64,000 nucleotides of DNA from Lingula anatina (taxonomy: Eukaryota > Animalia > Brachiopoda): positions 23,732,225 through 23,796,224 of the forward strand of contig CM120640.1 in NCBI GenBank assembly GCA_051362555.1, in the 5' to 3' direction. A model generated the notes under the pieces. It was given only the letters and a program-made list of their open reading frames with translations. It did no database searches and was not told the DNA's origin. Position numbers and translations under genes: made by a program. Positions 1-11,900 of this stretch are shown piece after piece. Positions within the stretch are counted from its first letter, which is position 1; each line of letters begins with the position of its first letter.

Positions 1-2683
1 TTAAAATCCACTCACTACATATCACCGATATCGTAACCATCTTTCCGCTGCACTGTTATTGCCTTCGTGGCATCTGATAACTGTTCTAAAGTTAGTAGAC
101 AAACATGGAACAGTATCCAGCATGGTCTGTAGACAAGAATCTACTGTTTAAAGCCACTGTACAGGTGGTGGGCAGATGAGAAGCGAGCTTAAGACAGACA
201 GGTTTACACAAGCTGGGACTCTGCTTAATATGTCCTGGTATGAAAGAATAAACTAAAAGCTTACCAGGATGCTGCAGTATGGTGTAATATTAACTTAACA
301 TTAAGCTGTGGAAAAAAAAACCACATGGAGCAACATCCTTGGTGTGTTTATTTTCCTTGAGGATTTATGGAAGATTGACCTCTTGTTTATAATGCTGACC
401 TGGTGGCATGCTTTGTCTCCAAATATCATTTCCCTCATTTCTGTACACACAAAAAAAGAAAGTAATCTAAGTAATCTGATCTTATCATCCAGGTCTTTGC
501 ATTAATTGATTCCAAATAGTTTTAACAGCTGTCATATGGTTTAATGCCAATGATAAGATTAAGAGAACCCTTAATCCTGAGTGATTGATTTCTTGCTACC
601 CCACCCCCTCTACCAATACTGCCCTGATCCTAGAAAAAAAGAAATTTAAGTGTGTATTTTTAGTTGCCTTATCATTTTGCTATTTTTATTAGAAGCTTAA
701 TATGATGTGATATTGTTCCACAGTGGCAAACAATGAACAAACAAGATGTCTAGATGTGACGTCCTGTTTTTTTTTACTCGATATTTGATCATTTTCTTTT
801 TTTTTTTTTTTTTTTCATTGCTGGGCTCACACTTCATAGTTAATCTTTACTTGATAAGAATGTTGAAAGCTTGAGTGTAAAGATAAAACAATTGGGAAAT
901 GTGAGTCCTGTCCTTGTAGTGTTGTATCAATTTTGAAATTCATGCAGAAGTAAGAGCTGGCACCATAGAATTAAATATTTCATTGAATGCAACAATGGTT
1001 TCTACCAGCAAAGTCTCATTTCGGAAATTTTGACTTTTATGATCATCATTGATAAATGAAAATATCATTTGAATGAGTGTATTTAAAAAAATAGATAGAA
1101 AATAAAAATATTTCCAAATATCAATTATGTTGCAGTTTTGCAAATTTATCAGTTGGCATTTCTGCATGAATTGACTGTTTACTGTATCTGTTGTTGTTGT
1201 TATGTCCAGTACTGGACTCACTAGCATAAATTTGTTTTATGTAGATCATTTGAATTTTTTCAAATAAAATATCAATAAAAAGGCGCTTCAGGGGGAGGGA
1301 TTCAATAATTCAAGTTTGTTTCAGAGGAAATATTTTGAACATTTGGCTTAAATATAATATGCTAACTAGTGTAAGTCTAGAAATGCCTCTACAGGGAGGT
1401 TGCAATGGAGGAGATGTGAATTTTTTTTTTTTTTTTAATTGTCGTTATATTACCAAATATCATTGGATGAATTTTGGCAATAATAATTCACATTGAAATC
1501 TTCCCTGTGTTGGTATAAAATGTTTGAATGCTGTGATTGTCCCTTAATAGATAGCGTAGTATAATGATTACAATATCATTATATTGATTTTACTGTCATG
1601 CCATACAATAGATTAAGCAAGGTAAAATATTACAAAAGAAAAACTAGTGCATGGCTGTTACTGTAAATTGAATTTGACCGAATGTAAAAGAAAAGCAAAA
1701 CAACCAAATGATTTAGATTAAATGGAAATTGGAATGAAATCCTTGCACTAGTCTTCATTTTGTCTTATCCAACATGAAGACCTGGAGTCTGTTCTCGGCC
1801 CTATGTTTAGACTGCCAAGATAGCCCACAAGCATATACTCACCTTTCCATGAGATTGCTATCTAGATAACAAATGAAGGAATGTTCAAATATGAAGGAGA
1901 AAATGCCATCTCAATATGGTTGAATTCTCAATTTATTTGCCAAATTATTTGTTTTTCGACAAGTGCAAAATTGGAAGTTATTGTGCATTCCTTTCAGAAA
2001 CAAACTTTTGAACACCCGGAAAATACTTCTCTGTCTCACTTGATTAGATGTGAAATCCAAGATTTCCTGTAAAATACCAGCTGTGATTTCTTGGAGCCTG
2101 GGTGTAAATACAAGGTGGAAGGCTCTGCCAGGACATGTCTCTAGGAATGTTTGGTGAATCATGCTTGGTGGGCTAACATCAATCCTAATCACAAACCAAA
2201 TGTAATAAATCCTTGTTGTGTACAGTTGCATTGCCATGTTTAATTTCCTGCATGGTCGAGTTTCTTGATAAAGAAATCTTTTTCCATTGGTTTCTGTGAG
2301 CAGTGTATTAGTGTCGTTGTCCTTGCACATTTGCAGCTGATCTCTGGGCTCAGCAGAGGTTAGCCACATGATGTTGTAATCCTGATGTTTTTTATTTCAG
2401 CTTATCATTTTTGTACTTAACTTCAGTTTCTGGTTGCAAGTCAAAGCCAAAAAGCATTTATCATTAAAATCTTAATCTGAGCTGTCATAGTATTAAATAT
2501 TTGAACTGTTTTTATTTCTGTAATACTTGCAACCTGGATCTGATAGATCAAAATAGTGACGTCACACAGTGTTGTAAATTTTGCTTTGTCTTTAGCGTAT
2601 GTAATTTTTAAGTTCTCGAATTATTTTTAGTTCTTTGTGTTTTTGATTTTGATTTTTTGTCATTTTTGTTGCACCTTCTATAG

Positions 2684-2992
2684 CCCCCTCTGCCCCTCCA
2701 CAAGATGTCACCGGCGAGATAGAGGGAGCCACTGCTATCATCATCAAATGGAGTCCACCTCCTCTCAATGCCCGGAATGGGCAAATTACGGAATACAAAA
2801 TCCGCTATGTGGAAACCGAAAGTGGCCAACAACTGCAGGAGGCGTCAGTGGTCACTGTGCTTGGAGAAAAAGACAGTGTGGTCATACGCAATCTAAAAAT
2901 TTGGACCAAGTACACAATATGGGTACAAGCAGCCACTAGAGTGGGCCCAGGCCCCAACTCTGTCCCTATTGTAGTTCGAACTGATGAAGCTG
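2684..2992 (+). CDS. Lar: Lar exon: FN3 repeat (PSAPPQDV...VVRTDEA)
   Basis: Acceptor tag at 2681-2683, donor gtatgt at 2993, phase 1-1, FN3 W/Y/L motifs. Confidence 0.92.
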
Positions 2993-5900
2993 GTATGTAC
3001 TAGATATAGTTGCCCCCTGGGTTGTGGCTTGCATTCCTAGTTTGAACTAACACATTAAAACTTAACTAGCTAAGTGGTGGTTGGTTGGTTGGCATTTCTC
3101 CACTGCTTTCTTAAATCTCTTCAGGGTCAAGATTCTGAGTGCCTGTTGATATAGCCTTATTTCTAGATGCCATGTCAAAAAATTCAGAAACATGATTGCT
3201 TGACCTTTTGGTTTGACCTTTTCTGTCTGGTGGACTGGGTACTTCCAGCCTTGCTGTGTGCATGCGGTGGGATGCTCTCTAGGGTGGGTCTGCATGCTCT
3301 TTAATACATAACTGGACTTTTGAACATGGATTGATGTGCTGCCTTGGTATTTCAGCTTATTAATCTCTGTATACTTGATATACCTGAACATCACAGTTAT
3401 TTGCAGACACATGGGCAATCAATAGAGCCTGGCCTAATAGCTTTGAACAATGGAAGTTAATGCTGTTTCAATCGTGGTCAGCATTTGCTTCAAAGCAAGT
3501 GCTTGTTTGTAAAAGAATAAAAAACGATTACTCAGCACATCTGGTTTTCCACAAAGAAAGCTGGTCCTTCAAAAATTAGGCCCGTTACAAGGACTTTGAA
3601 AAAATGCAGAGTTTTTTGTGATCTTTCAAAGCTGAATTGGTAAAGAATATTTGAAACCTTTTGTCTTTCCTTTATCCTTGAAGTAATCTTTAAATGTATT
3701 TTGCAATTGGAAGTTTGCCAAGATTACAGTTTATAGTCATTCACGTAATTGGTTCTGATTTAGCATCAGCCCAAGTGTATTAAATTGGTGGACAAAACAA
3801 GAAATTTATAGTGACTGTCAAAAGTAGTCATCAACCAGTCCTAGACAGTTGGCATTAGAAAAGAAATGGAAAAGTATATCATTTGTCTGATTGAATTACC
3901 AAATTAAGTCAGCTAAGTGAACTTAATTTATTTTCCGGTAGCCTAATATGAAATCAGATAACAAAGTGACATTACTGAGGTAGCAATTTATCTTCACTGC
4001 TAGATCCATAAACTCTGGATATTGATTAGTATAGGGAGTTCAAGTGACCATCAATTAAAGCAAAACTGTTGTGTACTTTGATGAAGTAAATTATTAATGT
4101 TCGCAACCGAGAATGTGAGCGTTGGTTGTGGCAGAATAAGTCTAATTCATGGGAAATTACTCAAGCTGAGTGTCTCCAGTGACTAGAAACTACTTTAGCG
4201 GCTAGAGGGTTTGTGTGACAAAATATATTGGTTATTCTTATCAAGAAATAAGAGATGAATTAAAGGGGCCCTCCTTGGTGTTATCAGATGAAGCCTTATG
4301 AATATAAGATCATAGGATCTGTAGACATTTAAATTCAGTGCAAGCAGGGAATTTTGTTGGATAAAAGTGACTGTCCCAGTAATTATAGAGATAATATACC
4401 AGTGATAAAGCCAAGAATGCCCATCCTTTTATCATATGCACTGACCATTAACAATGGAAAATGTTTTGATAAAGAATATCTGAGGAGGTTGGTTTTGAGG
4501 AAAGACTGAAAAATTATGAAGTGAATTGTATCCACTATGTTGTTGTTGTTTAACATTTATCACAGCTAGGAAAATAAGTTATCAGTCACTTCAGACACTG
4601 TTTCTGTGATAACGAGCACTTACTCATTCTTGTAGCTTTTATGGAATCCAAATTTGTATTTCTTGTAAATAAAACATGAACACTCCTTGTCTTTATCCTT
4701 CACATTTCCAATTCTGACTTTTCCATTACATCCAAAGTTCCCTCTAGATAGGAGAGAGAAGAGAAGATGGTTAAATGTGTGGCCAACTCTTTTCTCTCTC
4801 TCTTTTTTTTTTTTTTTTTTTTTTTTGTGCATATGAACTCTGCCCTTTGAAATGAAACTTTGTTTAACTTCCTGAAAAGCATGTAAAAATTGAAAGTTCA
4901 GAGTGTAAACCAGCTGATCAGTAGTTAACTGTAAACAACATGAACCACAAGTAGAAGAAAGGACCAGCTTCATGGTATAGAATTTTGGAAGATAAGGGTG
5001 ATAATATCTCGTGTATTAAGCCAGTTTTTCAATTTGAGAGCCTTGTGCACTTCCTTTCTAAAGATTTTAGTGTATGGCTCAAGAAAGCTTCAGGATATTT
5101 ATTCTTTAGCTTAAATAATATTGCTTTCCTCTTTTTTATGTTAGTGGAAGATATGGCCATGTGATAAGCCTAGGGACCCTTCCTGTTTTCTTTTGGAATT
5201 GGATACATAATATAGCTGAAACCCAGGGTGCTGTAGTCAAGTAGTAACCCCAAAACTAAAGCTTTGTATCCCAAAATTACCTATTCCAATCTTCTCTCCA
5301 TCAGAGACTAGAATCAGACATCAGTGAATTCCATACCTGTGACTGTCTGCTAGATGACTACAGTTATGTGCTTTCACTGGAGTTCCACCTTCTAGGCAGT
5401 GTTATGCCAGGCTTGAAACTATGACTGGTCATCTAGTGCAGGATCCATAATAAGCTTGTTGGGGATGGGTTGGATTGTAGTTAAGAATTAATGAAGTATC
5501 TGGAGTATAACTTCATTTGGCAGTCTGGAGTAGGGTTAGAGGTGTGGAATGTTATAGCAAGAGCTTTATGTTAATTATTTTTGTCCAATTTTTATACAGG
5601 CTTAGAGTGAAACGTGGAAAACTAACGTTATAACACGTGAAACATTTGATGCCTGTCGTGAAAATCAGATTGGAAAAAAACTGTTGCTAGTTGATCTTTT
5701 CTCCAAATAATAATGTCAAAAAGTAGTTTCAGTTTAATGCACAGCAAACAATACAAAAAGGTAGGAAAATGATAAATACCAAGCTTAATTGTCAGTTCAT
5801 ACTCCATTAGACCTTGAGCAGTACTTGAGGACATATTTGTATGAACATTGAAATATGGGAAGAAAATCGATAGCAAGAATGTGCAAGTTGTAATTGCAGC

Positions 5901-8900
5901 GTCCCAGAGGAAGGCAATATTATCTCTCCCTGTCTGCTAGTTTAATGGACCTAGTTTCTCCCACTTTTTGTTACATGTCAAGAATGTATACAGCAATGCT
6001 AGCTTGAAAATGTCAGGAAAAATGACACTTTGGTTTTTAAAAAAATAGCTAGGAATATTGGTAAGGTCTTAGAAATGTACTCTCCAACAATAAAGCACCG
6101 GAAAAACCTGTGGTTGTGACATTTACCAGGGCAAATTGAGTGGAGTAAACGAGGTTTCTTTTAACATATAACAGATGTAGCTTTTGATTAGAAAACTCTT
6201 GGTGCTTTCCCAGACCCAGTGCGGTTTTTGCAGGATTATTGATGCAGAAATGCGCAGGAAAGTTTTGTTGTCATAATTGTTAAAAACTTGCAATGAACAT
6301 TTTGTAAGATGGAGTAATCATGAGACCAAAACTTAGGACCAAAGAACCATTCACTGGATGTTGAATCACAATTATCAAATGAGCCACACTTGTTTTTGCA
6401 TGTTTATGAATTGCCTAATACAAAAAGTTCTCTGTTACCAAAAAAAATTGAATTCTTCTTTAATGTCAATACCAAAAGCAAAAGATTGATCATTTGTATT
6501 TGTGCATTGAAACACTTATATAGAAAACAGAACCTGAAACTTCCTTTTCCTGGTTTCATATGCCCTCTTCTGCATTCACGGTTTTCTAGTCGTTTATCAA
6601 AAACACAATATCCGTCTTTGAACTGGTGGCTCTACTAGCTACAGTCAAGGGAGGAAATGAGAGCTTAATGTCGACGATAGGATTGAATTGGAGATTCAGG
6701 AAAATCATTTTGTGCAGCCTACTAATACTATGCCATTGTCTAGACCTCGCAAAGTTTTGGGTTTTATGCTGTAGTCAGGTTGCATACTAACAGTATAATT
6801 AATGAGAAAGATATGAGTTGGGTTAATGGCTTTTGACCAAGCATGGTGCTTTTTTATAGGGTTTTATTTATTGCATGATAGACATCTGTATTTTATCATT
6901 GCAGGTTTATTTCCAAGTTGACAATTTTTAAAATGGCATTACCAAGAACAATGTAATAAACTAATAAAATAAACTTTGAGTGTTAGCTACTAATAGCGAA
7001 AAGAATTCAATTGTTATTTTTTATGAATTTTATGGAGTACAGTTACAACAAATACTATTGGATTATTATAATAACCAAGGAAAAATAAAAAACAGTTTCA
7101 CAATAATCTAAAAAATTATGTAAATTTTTTGCTTAAATTCATATCTCGGTTAGGAAATAAAAGCTGTAATCTGTACCTTTATATGCTTTTATTTAATCTG
7201 TCATTCTAGTCCCAGGCAGGCCTGAGCGGGTTAGAGTGGAAACTGTCAACTCCACTGCCATCCGGGTGAGATGGAGCTCACCGGCTCCAGACAAACGAAA
7301 TGGCATCATCCGCGCCTATGTAGTGATCTACGGAAAAATAGACATCAGCAGCATGCAGTTAATAGGGAACAGGAAGCGCCATACGGTCAGCGGTGGTCAG
7401 GTGACAGAAACGGTCATCACTGGACTGCAACCAGATTCTTCCTACAAGTTCCAGGTGGCTGCAGTGACTGGGAAGGGAGATGGCATTTATAGCAAGGGGA
7501 AAATTGCTAAGACATTAGGGGCAGGTAAGTGCAAAGATTTCATAGAATTTATATCTATAGATACCTTACTGTTTTTCACCTTAAGCAAAGTCAGATTTAA
7601 CTGATTCATTATTGGTGAATCATAAAGACCCATAAATCTTAGACTCAAAAAAAAAAAAAAAGTTTTTTATGAAAATGAGTACCCAAATAAGAAGGTATAG
7701 ATTGAATAAGTGCTGAGCTGTTGGTAATTGATTCAAGTGCTTGGTAACTCTGCCATCATTAACACCTGGTTCTTGTTGAAGATTTGATTTAAGGGTGACT
7801 AGTTCTTTTATTATAAAGTCCAAAAGAAATGCAGATTGAGTCAAGAAATGGACTATTGATGATTTGCTGTTTATCTCCAAAAATGAGCACAGGAATACAA
7901 GGGGAATTACGATTTGTAATAAACTTTTGATTTCTTTCATAATTTTATGATTTTGAGCAGCATTGAATATATACTGATGGCTTCATTTCAGTCCCAGAAA
8001 GACCACGTTCCTTCAGAGTAAATTTAATCAACGAAGATCCACCCATGGTACAGCTGGTATGGCAGCGACCTAGGAATATCTATGGAGCTCTGCAGGCGTA
8101 TAAGTTGGAGTACGGAAAAGTTGGTTCTGACAAATTTGAGACTATAGCACTTGAAGCTGAACAGTACCAGCGCACAGTAACGTCACTAGGTATGTTTTCA
8201 TGTATACGCACTGGAGGAAAAGTAGAGCAAAAATTTATATCGATGGCATTTGTATGTTGCCCCTGAAAGCATTCATTTCCACTGGTATTTTCACATAATC
8301 AAGAGATCTATAAGCTTGTTAGCCAAGATCATAGAACTTAATCTCCTGGAGTACTGCCGTGAATTAACAGAGCCAGGTGTGCAAGTCTGATTGCCTGTCC
8401 CTTCAGGGTGTTTATTTAAAAAGAAAGAGTTCAAGAGGGGAAATGAAATTGGTTTTACCAACCTGTTGGTTTTTTATGGAGAAGTGATATTTAAAAAAAA
8501 GATACATTTTTGAGTTGTAAATCTTTCGTAACAATAGTGAAGGCAATATGTAACATTCAGCTAGGGCAGTAAGGAAGTGTTAATGTCTTTTCTCTTCCCC
8601 TCTGTAGACAGACTATTAGATCATCATCTAATGTGTCTATTTTAAGTGCCTGCATTAGTTCCAATAACAAGCTCCCTATTAATGTGAAGGCCATTGCAGA
8701 TTCAACAGCTCCATAGTGGGTCACAGATATCACTAGCTGCAGCTTGGATTGTATTTCAGCAAGTCTCTGAAATCCAATAATTTTTTTGTAAAGCAGAACA
8801 TTTCAGGATCTCAACTGTCATTATTGTAACTTTGATGTTATTAAATACATAAATGATGATCAATTTATGGACCATGCTAACAGATATAATGGGACAGTTC

Positions 8901-11900
8901 TGTTGACATTTTGCATAGATTTGATGAATGCCATTGTGTATTATGAAATTAATGGATGTTCTTTCACAATGTGCACCATTGATTATATACATCTATTCTT
9001 GTTTTCTTTACAAGACTGAGGTTAATACTCTCAAAAATTGCCGCCATGTGTTACTAATGGAAAAGTGATGTTTTTCCTCAATTATTATTGCTTAACAGCA
9101 TGTAATTTATTATAGATCTTTCCAAGTCATATAAAAGCTTTTTACTTCAGTTCTGAAATATGTAAATAAATATCCGTTAACTTTATAAATATTGTCATTG
9201 AATTTGAATTGTATGATAATCACTCTAAAATGTATTATACAAATATCATAAATTTATTTTATAGATCGTGGTGCTGAATACGAGTTCCGACTGTCAGCCA
9301 GAAACACTGTCGACTATGGCGAAAAGGCAGTACAGAATATCAAAACACCAGATTCTGGTTAGTATGTCTACTCTGAAGCCCTCTGAATAAAAAAAGCGCT
9401 GGAAAATATGGGATGCGTTTCACATTGATTTCAAGTGAAAACCTCCGATGATAATTGCATTTTTCTCCAAAGACCTCGACTAAATGCATCTTATCACTTC
9501 CTTGTATGTGAACTTTTTCCCCACCAGTTCTACATACTTAACCAATGACAGTGATGCAATTATTATTAAAAGGTGCACTCTCTTTACTTGACTAAGTCTT
9601 ATAATCATATATTATACATTATCATTTTACTTGGCTATAATCCTTTGAAACATGTAAAAGAATATCTGCATTGAATGAGGGAACAGGCAGTGTGATACCA
9701 GCCTTTAGAGTGTGGCCATCACTATAATTGACAAGAGAGATATTATCATGTGCATTCCAGTATTGGGTTAATCTTAAATTTGTTTTCCCTTTTTAGTTTT
9801 TCATTTGGTGCATTACATCTATGTAGTCGTATGATTTGATTCAAGTGGCATTTGATATTTTCAAATTTCGTTAGTATCTGATAAGTTGGTATTTATGAAA
9901 TGTAAGAATTGATCAGGGAGTCCTGCTAATGGACCGAGTAGTCCACAGGTGTGAGATTGGACAAGATCCACTCCAACTCACTGTGGGCATGTAAATAATC
10001 TGTAATAAGAAAGCATTGATGGGACTCTGGAGAGTCCCTTGAATTACCCACATATAGAAAATACAGTAGTGGGGCTGAATGGTGCTGTTTCCAATGTTTG
10101 ATGGATAGAGGTTGAAAATTGAGTGCTGGCATGTAATAATCATGAATGTGAAACAAGGCACTTAGTACTGACTAGCATAATTATAGAAAGGGGAGAGGAA
10201 ATTCTTAAGGGATTGGGGGATGTCCCTCTGAAAGAGTACTAAGTTCAATTAATACATTCTTACCAAGTTCAGAAGTCAGGATTGTTTGATATCTTTAGCC
10301 CTCATTCATATTGTTTTCCCCAATAACTTGTGACATTCCAGTAAACTTGCTGTCTATACCCTCCTTTCTTCCTTCCTTCAGTACCCTATGGATACCCAAT
10401 GAACTTCACCATGAGCGCCAAGACTAGCACAGTGGCTCAGTTGAGCTGGAAGCCACCTCCAGCTGACCAGTGCAACGGCAGGATCATCATGTATGAAATA
10501 GAGTATTACAAGAAGCTGGACGACATCAATTCCTTCTCATTGAACGTATCACAAATGGAGACTGAAGTGTCTGGGTTGGAAACCAACGAAGTCTACTTGT
10601 TTCAAATCAAGGCCTACACCAGCAAAGGACCAGGGCCATGGAGCCCTAAATATCAGTTTAAGACATATAAACAATGTAAGTTTTGTTCCCAGTCAATTCA
10701 GTAAAATAACCCACACCTATATATCCTTTTTTCTTGCCCATCCCCTTCTATCACCTGTAGCCATATTTCTGACTGCTACTTAGTGTGTGTATCAGTGGAA
10801 GTGTGGGTGGAAGTATGGAATGGTGTGCAGTCTTCCTGGATCAAATTGTTAGGTTGAAGAAAATGAAATTCCACAAAACATTCACTCCCCAAAGGATCAT
10901 TTCATAATCTCCAATTATGTTATCTTTGGAAGCAACCCAGTGTAACGGGCAGCCAGGCATCATTGATTTGTTGATAGAGTTGTGTGTTTTTTGCATGGTG
11001 TGTGATGTCAGACAAGATGATATATTGCAGTATGTTATAACCACATGTGCTTTATGCAAAATCCATGTACTGAAATGTGATTAGGCTGCATCAATGTTTA
11101 CCACTTTGAGAGACATTGTGGTACTTCTACATGGAAAAATGTCATATTGAACATGGAGATCGGAGCATGTTTATGTTAATGATTGTGGTACTATTTCAGT
11201 TCAGCATACATATTGATCAGTTCCATTCTATGTTTTATGTTATAATTTTTTTTTTTTTTTTTTACCTTCTGTCAGATGTAAATTTTTACATTTGCAAGTG
11301 AGACAAAACCTCGATACGCTAATAGATAAAGAAAAAAAAAGAAAGAACAGGACTTGATGGTTTTGCCTTTGAAGGTGGTAAAGCCTGTTCTGGTTAATAT
11401 CTGTACAAAACCAGAATATTGGACTCCCAATTATTGGCATTTCTTGGTAGATTCTAGTTATTGGTGTCAGGAGACCTTTAAATTTCTAGTCTGGTTTCTT
11501 TCTAGGTCCCAAGGGGACATAAAAATAGAGGCATCTATTGGAAGCAATTCCTTATTGTTTTAAATTTCATTCTAAAAGTATTTTCTATGACCCTGTTGAT
11601 AAATATGGAATTTTCTTTAAAAACAGTTCATCCATACTACTGACAATTAATACCACATCAGCATATATTAATTTTGTAATTGTTCTTCCTTTGAAATCTT
11701 TTGAGTTCCTTGTGCTCTGAATAAATGTTGCACTTAATTATACTGAAAATGAACATGATTGGATATCTGTATTATGCTCTATCAGGATATTTCATTTGCT
11801 GCTTGCTATTTGTTTTTCTTTTCCATGTTATCTTAATTGTGCTATGTTGAATTTTTTTACACTTCAGTGCCTGCAGCACCCACCAACATTAAACTTCGTC

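Noticed and set aside
308-2369. Short ORFs upstream of the first Lar exon in the window
   Set aside because: No FN3/Ig features or convincing splice sites; treated as intron sequence.
8608-8645. Polypyrimidine-TAG acceptor followed by [12 protein letters not shown]
   Set aside because: It would truncate in the middle of an FN3 domain and has no nearby poly(A) signal; probably a chance site.
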